A stretch of DNA of 64,000 bases. It comes from a virus. Taxonomy: Duplodnaviria > Caudoviricetes. Below, piece after piece: positions 16,581 to 25,547 of the stretch (position 1 is the first letter of the stretch; the number at the start of each line of letters is the position of its first letter). A program made the translations under genes and the position numbers. Where the stretch lies: positions 424 through 64,423 of the IMG/VR virus record IMGVR_UViG_3300035696_002955. One strand, 5' to 3'. Under the pieces are notes generated by a model. It saw only the letters and a program-made list of their open reading frames with translations, made no database searches and was not told the DNA's origin.

Positions 16581-17861
16581 ATGGCCGCATTACAGGCAGG
16601 TGTGGGCGCTGCGGCGCTTATGATTGAGGGAGTTTGGAATCAGCCCCAGTTGACCATCGAAAAAGATTCGGTCCTGGACGCTTTGATTTCCTCCAGTGGC
16701 AAAGCAACAAAAGTTTCTCAGCACACCTATCGCGTTACCTTCCAGGATGCGATCCCGGCCGTGATCTCGGCTGTTTCGCTCGACTTGGCTGTGAACTTCC
16801 CCGCCCCCGGCTCTTCGGATTGGCAGGAAGGTTTCATGCAGCCCCTAAGCTGGTGCGTTCCTGTCGGCTGGACTGAACTGGCGAAGTTGACCACGGCCAG
16901 CACCGACCTGTCGGTTGTCGCCAACATCGTCGAAAAGGAAATGCGCAACACCGTTGCCAGTCTGAAGCGTGCGCGCGACATCAGTTTGTGCGCTGGTGAA
17001 GGAACCGGCTATCTGGCGACCATCACCGCCGCGACCGCTGGCACCCCGAACTACTACACCCTGAGTTCGGCTGACTTCGGCGCGCGCAACATCCAGAAGG
17101 GGCAGAACCTCGACATTTACAACGGACTGACCTACCTGGGAACGTCCAATGTCAGCGCGGTTCAGTCCACCCTCGGCGGCTCTCAGTACGTCTACGTGGA
17201 CAACCTCTACGGCGGCGGCTCCGGCACCATCCGCTTCGGCGGCCTGATCTCGGGCGCTCCGCAGTTCGTCTACGGGCTGCCCTACTGGAACAACAACAGC
17301 CAGACGGGACTCACCATCGGCATCGACCGCTCGCAGGCTGCGAACAACTTCATCCTGTCGAACGGCATTGCCGCCAGCGGCTCCAACTTGACGCCTCCCC
17401 TTTTCCGGCTCGGCCTGGATCAGATCATCCAGGCGATCGGCGAGGATGCTGTCAAGTCGGGCAAGTTCAAGATGCACATGCACCAGAGCCAGCAGGCGGT
17501 GTACGAGCAGAGTGGCTTGTCGCTCACGAACTTCTGGCGCAACGATGGCAGCGTCGGCACCGGCTTTGATCTGCTCACCACGGGCGATATGAAGGCGGCC
17601 GGCAACCCGTTTGTCAAAAACATCCACGCCAACCTGAGCCGCATCGACTTCCTCTACCTCGACACCTGGGGAAAGATCAAGTGGGGCGATGCACCGTTCT
17701 GGTTCAACGATGGCGGACGGACCATGTTCACCCAAGTCGGCACCAACGGACAGCCGACCGCCGTGACCAGTTCGTTCATGGTCGACACCGTTCAGTATTT
17801 TGTCGACAACGCCAAAACCCAAGCCTACATTTCTGGCTTGCCTGAGCCGACCGGCTACTAA
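16581..17861 (+). CDS. Major capsid protein
   Basis: 426 aa after the scaffold; strong AAGGAG SD; followed by a terminator; high codon bias. Confidence 0.8.
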   Translation: MAALQAGVGAAALMIEGVWNQPQLTIEKDSVLDALISSSGKATKVSQHTYRVTFQDAIPAVISAVSLDLAVNFPAPGSSDWQEGFMQPLSWCVPVGWTELAKLTTASTDLSVVANIVEKEMRNTVASLKRARDISLCAGEGTGYLATITAATAGTPNYYTLSSADFGARNIQKGQNLDIYNGLTYLGTSNVSAVQSTLGGSQYVYVDNLYGGGSGTIRFGGLISGAPQFVYGLPYWNNNSQTGLTIGIDRSQAANNFILSNGIAASGSNLTPPLFRLGLDQIIQAIGEDAVKSGKFKMHMHQSQQAVYEQSGLSLTNFWRNDGSVGTGFDLLTTGDMKAAGNPFVKNIHANLSRIDFLYLDTWGKIKWGDAPFWFNDGGRTMFTQVGTNGQPTAVTSSFMVDTVQYFVDNAKTQAYISGLPEPTGY

Positions 17862-17874
17862 TCAACGCTGAAGC

Positions 17875-17902
17875 GGCAGAACTCGAAAGGGTTCTGCCTT
17901 TT
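17875..17902 (+). terminator. Intrinsic terminator after the capsid gene
   Basis: GGCAGAACTC-GAAA-GGGTTCTGCC followed by TTTT. Confidence 0.85.
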
Positions 17903-17949
17903 CAGGTAAACAGACACAGGCAAGATCCCCACAAGGAAAGGTAAAACTC

Positions 17950-18849
17950 ATGCGTATCTTCGGCAGTAAATGCACCTTCAAGAGCGTGGCCCTGCTGGTC
18001 ATGCTCTTCATGCTTCTGGCCTTCACCCCCGTGGTGATCGCGCAATCGTTCAATCCGGCCGCCGTCGGCTCATTGGGTGGAACGGATAAGTACGGCAACG
18101 AGTTCCAGCCCTACAACACCGAGTCTTTCCAGACCGGCGCGTGGAGCTATCTGAGCAGTTGCCTCGCTCCCATCCCCGAGACGGTCACAATCTCCATCGC
18201 CAGTCCTGCGGTGATTACAGGCCCGAACTACTGCGCGGCGGGTCAAGAGGTTGTGTTCTACACAAGCGGGGCGCTGCCTACTGGCCTGACTGCGGGGACC
18301 ACGTACTTCGTGATCTCGACAGGACTCAGCAACACATCGTTTGAGGTATCCACAACCCTGGGCGGTGCGGCAGTCAATACCTCCGGCTCGCAGAGCGGCA
18401 TTCAGACCGCCAATGCGATTTACAGTAATGCCACGACCTCGTACACGGCTGCGATTCAGTTGCCTCCTGTCCCTCCTGGGTTGACTGTCCCCGGTCACTG
18501 CACGCTGTACTGGCAGTCGAGCAATACCAGCGGCACCTTGACGCTGGGCGCGCAGCCCAACAACACGACCTCCTCCCTGCAAGTGTTGAACACGGCCCAC
18601 ACTGGAGCGAACGGCGCGACCCTTGCCGATTTGTCCACCCTCATCACTTCCGCAACCACACCCACGGCCATCTCAAGCACCATGACTGCCGGCACGGCCA
18701 ACACCACCTACCGGGACGACATCGACATAATGCTGGCGACTTCGCCCACGGCCACATCTCCAACGCTGCTTTCGATTTACGCATTGTCGAGCAGCACGAG
18801 CTACACTATCTCCTTGCAGCCGGGCAGTGTTTGCGTCTGGGGATTCTAG
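17950..18849 (+). CDS. Decoration/cement-like protein with a Sec signal peptide
   Basis: KSVALLVMLFMLLAFTPVVIA-QS leader; TISIASPAVIT...LPTGLTAGTTYFV phage structural motif; AAGGAAAGG SD. Confidence 0.7.
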   Translation: MRIFGSKCTFKSVALLVMLFMLLAFTPVVIAQSFNPAAVGSLGGTDKYGNEFQPYNTESFQTGAWSYLSSCLAPIPETVTISIASPAVITGPNYCAAGQEVVFYTSGALPTGLTAGTTYFVISTGLSNTSFEVSTTLGGAAVNTSGSQSGIQTANAIYSNATTSYTAAIQLPPVPPGLTVPGHCTLYWQSSNTSGTLTLGAQPNNTTSSLQVLNTAHTGANGATLADLSTLITSATTPTAISSTMTAGTANTTYRDDIDIMLATSPTATSPTLLSIYALSSSTSYTISLQPGSVCVWGF

Positions 18850-18858
18850 AAATCCCTG

Positions 18859-19596
18859 ATGCGCACCCACAATGAACTCGACAGTTACAACGGCCCCGAG
18901 CCGCATGGCGTGAACGAACACCTTCGCCGGCGGCACGGGGACGGCTTTATGGGCTTCCCACTCTATCGCCTGGTCCACACAGCGTTCCTCTTCCGTCTCT
19001 CTGGCGGCGAGTGGGTGGATTGGGATGAGAACCTTCCCATCGACAAGCGCGGCAACCTTGTAGCCGACGAAACAGGAACCGCACCGGCGCCGAACACGCG
19101 CTGCGAACGTCACAAGCTGGAAATCCGCCGCGTGTGCAAGTACCCAGAGTTCGCCTCATCCCCTGGCTGGATGCTCGAACGCTGGATGGCACCGGCCTAC
19201 TTCGGGACTCCGAGTGAATGGAACTCGCGCGTCGTGCCGGGCACAACATTGAGTCAACTCGGGCCATACCCGTACCAAGGCCAGTACATCTCAACGACCG
19301 GGTACGGCTTCCTTCCCTATCCTCAAGCCCCGACAGGACCATTCCTCGACCGCATCATCGAGCAGTGGAATCTTATGCGGGATGAGACACTGGCAATGAG
19401 CGCCGGTGCCTACATTCGCAAGCGCGACTTCGAGGCGATTGAAGAGGACCGCGAGCGCGAAGAGCGGTGGAACCGTGACCAGCACGAGGCACACATGGTT
19501 GTGATGAACTCGTTTCTGTCAACCTTCCTGGAGGGCGGCCGAGCACGCCAGCAAGCCGCCGAACGCTGTGGCGTCTCCAGCAACTACGGCAACTAA
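18859..19596 (+). CDS. Hypothetical protein in the head-completion region
   Basis: 245-aa ORF tightly packed in the late operon. Confidence 0.7.
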   Translation: MRTHNELDSYNGPEPHGVNEHLRRRHGDGFMGFPLYRLVHTAFLFRLSGGEWVDWDENLPIDKRGNLVADETGTAPAPNTRCERHKLEIRRVCKYPEFASSPGWMLERWMAPAYFGTPSEWNSRVVPGTTLSQLGPYPYQGQYISTTGYGFLPYPQAPTGPFLDRIIEQWNLMRDETLAMSAGAYIRKRDFEAIEEDREREERWNRDQHEAHMVVMNSFLSTFLEGGRARQQAAERCGVSSNYGN

Positions 19597-19616
19597 ACCA
19601 AGGGAGATAATGGATC

Positions 19617-20744
19617 ATGGCATACGAAGCAATCGCAGACGATAATCCGAATGTGGCGCAGGAGCGCGCTGACGCATCAGCACTTCAATCGGGGGCGCTG
19701 ACGGGAGAAGTACAGCGCGTAACCTACGGGCAGAACATCGTGGAAGTCCCGACGATCAACCACAAGGCGATGGGGCGTCCTGTCGACGAGAAGTACAGCC
19801 GCGAGGTTATGAACACGGCTACGAGCCTGTTGACGATTGGCGTGGAGACGGCCTGCGTCATCAACTTTCTTCCCATTCCCCTGCGCAGCGATTCTTGTCT
19901 TGATCCACTCAGAAGGGCGTACATCCCGGCGCCGAAGGATAGCGACTCCCACACGGTCTACGTCTTCGACAACGCCTTCCTGGAGCCGGCACGGAAGGGT
20001 GTGGATGCACCGCTCACCCCGCACGTCTGGCATCCGATCATGCTGGCTATGGAGTTTCCGCGCTGCAACCCGATGGGCGTCTTCGCCTTCAAGGGAGTCC
20101 CGCAGGACATCGAGGATGAGGCCTGGAAGAGCAAGAAGAGCCGCGAGCCGCACCACGAGGGGCAGACTTACGGCGAGGCGCTGGAACGCGCCCGGCAGCG
20201 GGCGATCACATGGATGCAGGAGCAGCTTCGCCGCGGCGAGGACAATACCCGCGCGAACAAGGCGTGGACCGAACCCCAGAAAGCGTCGGCGCGCCGGCTG
20301 CATCATCTTGGCTTCATCAAGGAACTTCCGAAGGGGCTGGAGAAGGAGCGGGATCTCGCGCTGAAGATCGAGAACTGCCCTCAGTGCCAGAAGCCCTGCG
20401 AACCGAACGCGGCGTCTTGCAGTAACCCCGGATGCGGTGGAACCTTTGGACCCTACATCATCAACCCGCGTCGGGCCTACGAGATTGGCGCGATCGCTGA
20501 AGACCATCCGGCACTGGAACGGTTGACGCGCGCGGAAGTGGCCGACATGGGCATTTCGAAGTACGTGGCCGAGACCATCGACGAGAAGCCGAATCGCATG
20601 AAGCTCGGGATGCGCAAGCCGCTGAGTGAGGCGGCTATGGAAATCCTGCGCTCCGATGAGGAGTTCAAGGCTGTGCAGCGCCAGCAGGACGCGGAAGCGT
20701 TGGCTGAGGCTGTCAACACGAAGAACACGAAGCACAAGGAGTAG
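19617..20744 (+). CDS. Hypothetical protein with a Zn ribbon (CPQC...CSNPGC)
   Basis: 375-aa ORF; GGGAG SD. Confidence 0.75.
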   Translation: MAYEAIADDNPNVAQERADASALQSGALTGEVQRVTYGQNIVEVPTINHKAMGRPVDEKYSREVMNTATSLLTIGVETACVINFLPIPLRSDSCLDPLRRAYIPAPKDSDSHTVYVFDNAFLEPARKGVDAPLTPHVWHPIMLAMEFPRCNPMGVFAFKGVPQDIEDEAWKSKKSREPHHEGQTYGEALERARQRAITWMQEQLRRGEDNTRANKAWTEPQKASARRLHHLGFIKELPKGLEKERDLALKIENCPQCQKPCEPNAASCSNPGCGGTFGPYIINPRRAYEIGAIAEDHPALERLTRAEVADMGISKYVAETIDEKPNRMKLGMRKPLSEAAMEILRSDEEFKAVQRQQDAEALAEAVNTKNTKHKE

Positions 20745-20746
20745 TC

Positions 20747-21454
20747 ATGGCAATTCTCACGATGGGCGGAGTTATCAAGCGGTGCGGAGCGTTGCTCGAC
20801 GACCCCGCCAACGTGAGATTCACGCCGGACTACCTCCGACCTTATATCGACCAGGAAAACGAGTCGCTGGAGATCACGCTGGAGCGGGTGGGGGTCCAGC
20901 AGCAGCAGGCGGAGGCTATCTTCAGCATCCCCGCAGCCGCGTCATCTCCCAACGACCTTACCCCTTTCTTTGCGGCCGGCGGCCCCCTCCAATACTTTTT
21001 GCGTCCCAAATACTTCGATTGGAAATTGCAGGGCCAGCCAGACACGTCCTACAGCCCATCGGCCGCTGTTGACAAACTTGACGATGTTCCAGTGGGGAAC
21101 TTGGGCTGCCAGCAGTACAGATGGACGGGCGGCGTAATTCTTACGACTCCCAGCTACACGGCCGTCACCTTGCGCATCGGATTCTTTGCCCTGGCGTCGG
21201 ATATGTACGACGATGCGGCTCCTGTCATGCGCGGGATCGGCAACGTGCTGGCGCTTCAGGCCTCTGTGCTGGTTTGCGACCTCAACAACGGCATGGGGAA
21301 GCTGGGCGCGCGGCTCCAAAAGAACCTGGCGCGGGATAAGCAGAACTTCTGCAATCTGATTGTCATGCAGCAGCAGTCGAAGAACATTTTCCCGAGAAGC
21401 ACGAAACGTGGCGTCGCAACGCAAATCTCGGCGGGTGGTTCGCAGTTCATGTAG
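20747..21454 (+). CDS. Head-tail adaptor (P22 gp4/T7 gp11-like position and size)
   Basis: 235 aa; N-terminal helix pattern 'IKRCGALLDDP...YIDQENESLE'; upstream of the nozzle. Confidence 0.6.
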   Translation: MAILTMGGVIKRCGALLDDPANVRFTPDYLRPYIDQENESLEITLERVGVQQQQAEAIFSIPAAASSPNDLTPFFAAGGPLQYFLRPKYFDWKLQGQPDTSYSPSAAVDKLDDVPVGNLGCQQYRWTGGVILTTPSYTAVTLRIGFFALASDMYDDAAPVMRGIGNVLALQASVLVCDLNNGMGKLGARLQKNLARDKQNFCNLIVMQQQSKNIFPRSTKRGVATQISAGGSQFM

Positions 21455-21470
21455 CCGAATTTTGAGCGGG

Positions 21471-21479
21471 TGGTACTCT
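21471..21479 (+). promoter_or_regulatory. TGGTACTCT promoter motif, copy 4
   Basis: Intergenic, after TAG 21454, upstream of GAGGA SD and ATG 21528. Confidence 0.7.
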
Positions 21480-21527
21480 TCTTCACGTTGTAGCGGGGAA
21501 TCCTGTCCCGCAGAAGAGGAAACCACC

Positions 21528-22748
21528 ATGTCACTCGCACTCGCGGCACTGTCAGTCAAGCATCAGCTTCGCTCCAAGCGACTTTATATAACCGCAACGC
21601 CCAGCGGCCTGTATGTGCCGGGTGGCGATACGGTCAACCTCTCCTTGCTCACGAATCCTGTTGGAACGCAACTTGATGCGAGAGTCTGCTTCCCCGGCGT
21701 TATCGACGACTTCAGCGTACTCACCGCGCCCGCAGGATACTCGGCCAAGCTCATCAGGGGATCGGGCTTAACCAACTGGGGACTCAAGGTCTTCTCGGAG
21801 GCTTGCTCGGCCGGCATCCCGTTGACGCTGGGCGCTCTTTCCGCAGCCTCTACCGTGAGTGCAGTAGTAGCTCACGTTGGCACCATCACGATCGCCAACA
21901 CACTCTCTGCCGGCAACTTCGTCTACCTAAGCGGATTCACTCAGTTGGGCGCGCTGAATGGCTGCATCGTTCAGGTGGCTTCGGCAACGACTTCGCAGTT
22001 TACCTTCAACCTGGGCAGTGCGGCAGCCGTTACCTCCGGCGCTGACACGACCGGCCACTTCCAAGTGGTCTACGCCACACCTAACAACTTGGTGCAGCTC
22101 GGGACTTCGGCGACGATCACGAACTCACTGGCGACCACTTCGCTGCTGACTATGACCTGCGCGAACACGTTCACGCTGGGGCAGTTCGTGGTTCTGAACG
22201 GCCTCATCAACGGTGCAGTGGCGAATGGCGTAATTGTCAGAATCGCTTCCGCTTCCACCACGCAGTTCACGGCAGTCTGGACCGGAACGGCGATCTCAAC
22301 CGGCGCGGAAACCACAGCGACGGCGACCCTGCTAGTCACCAACGGCGCGGCTCCTATCCTGGCCGACTACATGACCAACGTCTCCAACTCTTTGGCGACG
22401 GCATCCTCGGCGGGTACGGCTGGACTCATCACCCTCACCGCTACACAGTCGATGGTTCCTGGTCAGTTGTTTCTGGTCAACGGCCTCACCAATGGTGCGG
22501 CGGTGAATGGCGATGTGCTGTCGGTGATTGCCGCAGGCACGACCAACGCCATCATCAAGGCCAACGGTCAAACTGCAGCCTTCTCGACCGCGGCCGATGT
22601 TGGCTCGATCTCATTGCTGATGACCGGCGACCCTGCTATCAATCCGGGGACTTCGGGAATGGTCGAGCTTCCGGCGGCTGCGTATCCTGCCGCTGTTCTT
22701 GCCGACGTGTTCACGCTGCTGTTTGAAGGCGCGAAGGGCAAGTTCTAA
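21528..22748 (+). CDS. Structural protein with three internal beta-sandwich repeats
   Basis: Repeats T(I/M/L)T.AN/QS...G(N/Q)F/L..(S/N)G...NG.(I/V)..(V/I); T/A/G-rich. Confidence 0.75.
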   Translation: MSLALAALSVKHQLRSKRLYITATPSGLYVPGGDTVNLSLLTNPVGTQLDARVCFPGVIDDFSVLTAPAGYSAKLIRGSGLTNWGLKVFSEACSAGIPLTLGALSAASTVSAVVAHVGTITIANTLSAGNFVYLSGFTQLGALNGCIVQVASATTSQFTFNLGSAAAVTSGADTTGHFQVVYATPNNLVQLGTSATITNSLATTSLLTMTCANTFTLGQFVVLNGLINGAVANGVIVRIASASTTQFTAVWTGTAISTGAETTATATLLVTNGAAPILADYMTNVSNSLATASSAGTAGLITLTATQSMVPGQLFLVNGLTNGAAVNGDVLSVIAAGTTNAIIKANGQTAAFSTAADVGSISLLMTGDPAINPGTSGMVELPAAAYPAAVLADVFTLLFEGAKGKF

Positions 22749-22772
22749 CCGGACGGCGGGGAGTCGAGATCA

Positions 22773-25544
22773 TTGAACTTTGAAGGCGCAAAGGCGATTT
22801 CAATTCCCCGCTACGGCTCTAGCTGTTCTTGGGACGATGAAGTAAATCTCCCTTACGGAATGGCCCGGATTGCGCGGAATCAGCGGTACACCGCGCAATC
22901 TACGGCCACCCGGTACGGCCACGCGACACAGATTCAAATTCCAAACTCCGGCGCTCTCACGGCGGGGAACGCGCTCACCGGCGGCGGCTTTCTGCGCTAC
23001 CTCGCGGCCCAGCCGGGAACGCTCAACCTGCAAGCCGTCGAAACCGTCCTGCTCTTTGCTTATGGCTCGGTCGACGGCAACATCTACGCCTGCCCCCCGT
23101 TCGTCCAATCGGCGCTTGTCCAACTGACCAATGCAGCGTTCTTCTCGAATACCGGGTTCGCGGCGCTCGCAGGACTCAATCCGGTGATGGCCCAGGGATT
23201 CAACCAGATGTTTATTGCTCTGGCGAATCTGCTTCTTCCCTCTCAATCCCCGCTGGTCTATAACTCCTCAGATGGGAATCTGTATCCTGCGTCAGACTTG
23301 CCCTTTGGCGCGCCGTGGCAGCCGGGCACTTACTATCGCGCTGGACAAGTGGTGTCGCCATCGCAGTTTCAGACCTTCGGCCAGACGAACGGCCAGGGAA
23401 CTTGGGTAGAAATCCAGACCGGCTACCTCTACCAGTGCGTGACGGCGGGAACCAGCGGCGCGGCCAATGCGCAGCCGACATGGCCCACGACCTACAACGG
23501 GACGGTCACAGACAACACCGTAAGCTGGAAGGAATGCACCCCCATTTTCATCTCGGGGCTGCCGGACGCCACGGCGCCACTCAGCCCCACGACCACGCTG
23601 GACGCCAATTCGCCGATCATTGCCGGCGCCACCGTTCATCTGGCTTGCACTCTGGTCAACAGCATCGGGGAAGGCAGCAACCGTCTGGTAAACGTGCAGG
23701 GTGTGCTGGACCCCACGAAAGTCCTGACGTGGGTGAATAACACCGGCAGCGCAGTAGACCTGACGGTGACTCTGCCGGCCATTCAAGCCTACTTGGCGAC
23801 CTCGGGCACGCTGGGGGCGACCTTCGGCGCGACCGCGCTCAACCTCTATGCCTTCATCGACGAGACCTCTTCCGCCGACGCCTCGGCCATCATCGACCCC
23901 AGCTACTACGCCCTAGTCAATGCCGCGCCAGTGGCCGCAGGGGCACAGGTGACCATCTCCGCCTTTCCTACCCTGCAAGCAATGCCGCAGACCTCCACGG
24001 CGGCCACCACGGCTACGGTGGGCAACGTCGACACCGGCATCCGCTACCTCACCACCTTCTTTCAGACCAACTCGCAGTACCAGACAGGATTCTCAAACTC
24101 TGCCCCCATTGCGGTGAACGTCACCCAGTCAGGCTGGCCCATTCAATGCCTGCGTCTGCCTATCGGACCCTACAACTGCCAGGCGCGCGTGGTCGCCGCC
24201 ACGGTTTCGGGTGCCAGCGCGGCTGGGCCGTTCACTTACATCTCACAGGCCGATGTGGAGACGCCGGGATTCAACCAGCCCAATGTGGCCATCACCGCGA
24301 CGCTGATTGAGGACAATACCAGCACGACGGCTAGTTTCAACTTCACGGACACCTATCTGCCGGGCGCCTCGGATGTGACCAACTTCTTCGACAAGATTCA
24401 GCTTCCGCCGGTGGTGGACGTTTACTTTGCGAAGACCTTGCAGCGCGTGGTCTACACTGGCGCCGTCGGCTATCAAAGCGGCCATCTCTTCTCGGATATT
24501 GCCGACCCGGAGACGGTGCGCGTCCCCGGTGGCAACTTCCAGGTCTCGGAGAATGACGGCGACAGGACCGTGTGCTACCGGGAAATTCGCGGCATCGGCT
24601 ATTCGTTCAAGGAAAACTCCGGCTTTGAAGTGCTGGCCAACGCCGGTGACCCTTCGACGTGGGAGCCGCGGCAGGCATGGGGAGGCACCGGGCCAGTGGG
24701 AGCCAAGGCGATCGACATTGCCGGCCAGGATGATTCCGAGTTCGCAATATGGGCTCACCGCAGCGGCGTGTACCTATTTGCTGGTCAGCACCCCACCCTC
24801 ATCAGCAGAGAGCAGCAGGACGCATGGGACACAATCAATTGGGACTACGGCCACCTGGTCACAGTGAGGATCGACCACAAGCGCCGGCTGGTTCACATCC
24901 TGGCGCCGATCAACGGATCGACGACCTGCAATGCGCGGTTCGTGATGAACTACTACTTCGGGACTGGAGACCCAGTAGTGTTCGTCCAGCGGCGCGGGAT
25001 TCTGGTGCCGAATGTCGAGGGTCGCAAGTGGTCACAGGACGACGTTGTTTTCAACGATGCGCTCTACATCCCGCAGAAGTCACGGAACGCCGTACAGTTG
25101 TCTACCCTCAACGTCGAGAACCAGATGTGTTTCTTTGCGGCCGACGGCTCGATCAAGAGCGTGGTGGATGGCCAATACTACGATGAGGACTACTACGGGA
25201 ACCAGGTCGGCTACTTCTCGAACTGGATTGGAGTGCTGGGGACAAACCCCGCTTCGACTTTCGACAAGCTGGTGGGCGCGAGGATGTGGGCCACCGGCAA
25301 CGGCCTGATGAACGTCACCGCCTACGACGACAATGACACCCCGTATGTGCTCACCGGGCCTTTTAGCCCATACCTACTTACGCCCGGCCAGCGGACGCGC
25401 ATGGACCTGCCGATGAGTGCGCAGGGCGTTTACTCTCAGCGCTGGTCTGTGGGCATGGATAATGGAGGAGTGGCCGGTTCATGGTGGGAAATCTTCAGGT
25501 CTGACCTGATGGTGATTCCGACGTGGCCTGGTTTGCCGGGGTAA
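22773..25544 (+). CDS. Tail nozzle/DNA-stabilisation protein (P22 gp10/T7 gp12-like)
   Basis: 923 aa; beta-propeller-like C-terminal half (LFSDIADPETV...IWAHRSGVYLFAG...WDTINW); inserted WQPGTYY...YQCVTAGTS module; TTG start. Confidence 0.7.
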   Translation: MNFEGAKAISIPRYGSSCSWDDEVNLPYGMARIARNQRYTAQSTATRYGHATQIQIPNSGALTAGNALTGGGFLRYLAAQPGTLNLQAVETVLLFAYGSVDGNIYACPPFVQSALVQLTNAAFFSNTGFAALAGLNPVMAQGFNQMFIALANLLLPSQSPLVYNSSDGNLYPASDLPFGAPWQPGTYYRAGQVVSPSQFQTFGQTNGQGTWVEIQTGYLYQCVTAGTSGAANAQPTWPTTYNGTVTDNTVSWKECTPIFISGLPDATAPLSPTTTLDANSPIIAGATVHLACTLVNSIGEGSNRLVNVQGVLDPTKVLTWVNNTGSAVDLTVTLPAIQAYLATSGTLGATFGATALNLYAFIDETSSADASAIIDPSYYALVNAAPVAAGAQVTISAFPTLQAMPQTSTAATTATVGNVDTGIRYLTTFFQTNSQYQTGFSNSAPIAVNVTQSGWPIQCLRLPIGPYNCQARVVAATVSGASAAGPFTYISQADVETPGFNQPNVAITATLIEDNTSTTASFNFTDTYLPGASDVTNFFDKIQLPPVVDVYFAKTLQRVVYTGAVGYQSGHLFSDIADPETVRVPGGNFQVSENDGDRTVCYREIRGIGYSFKENSGFEVLANAGDPSTWEPRQAWGGTGPVGAKAIDIAGQDDSEFAIWAHRSGVYLFAGQHPTLISREQQDAWDTINWDYGHLVTVRIDHKRRLVHILAPINGSTTCNARFVMNYYFGTGDPVVFVQRRGILVPNVEGRKWSQDDVVFNDALYIPQKSRNAVQLSTLNVENQMCFFAADGSIKSVVDGQYYDEDYYGNQVGYFSNWIGVLGTNPASTFDKLVGARMWATGNGLMNVTAYDDNDTPYVLTGPFSPYLLTPGQRTRMDLPMSAQGVYSQRWSVGMDNGGVAGSWWEIFRSDLMVIPTWPGLPG

Positions 25545-25547
25545 ATA

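Noticed and set aside
22722-22795. Near-direct repeat TTTGAAGGCGC(G/A)AAGG at the end of one gene and the start of the next (FEGAKG/FEGAKA)
   Set aside because: Only two short copies; could be chance or an old micro-duplication; no functional inference possible
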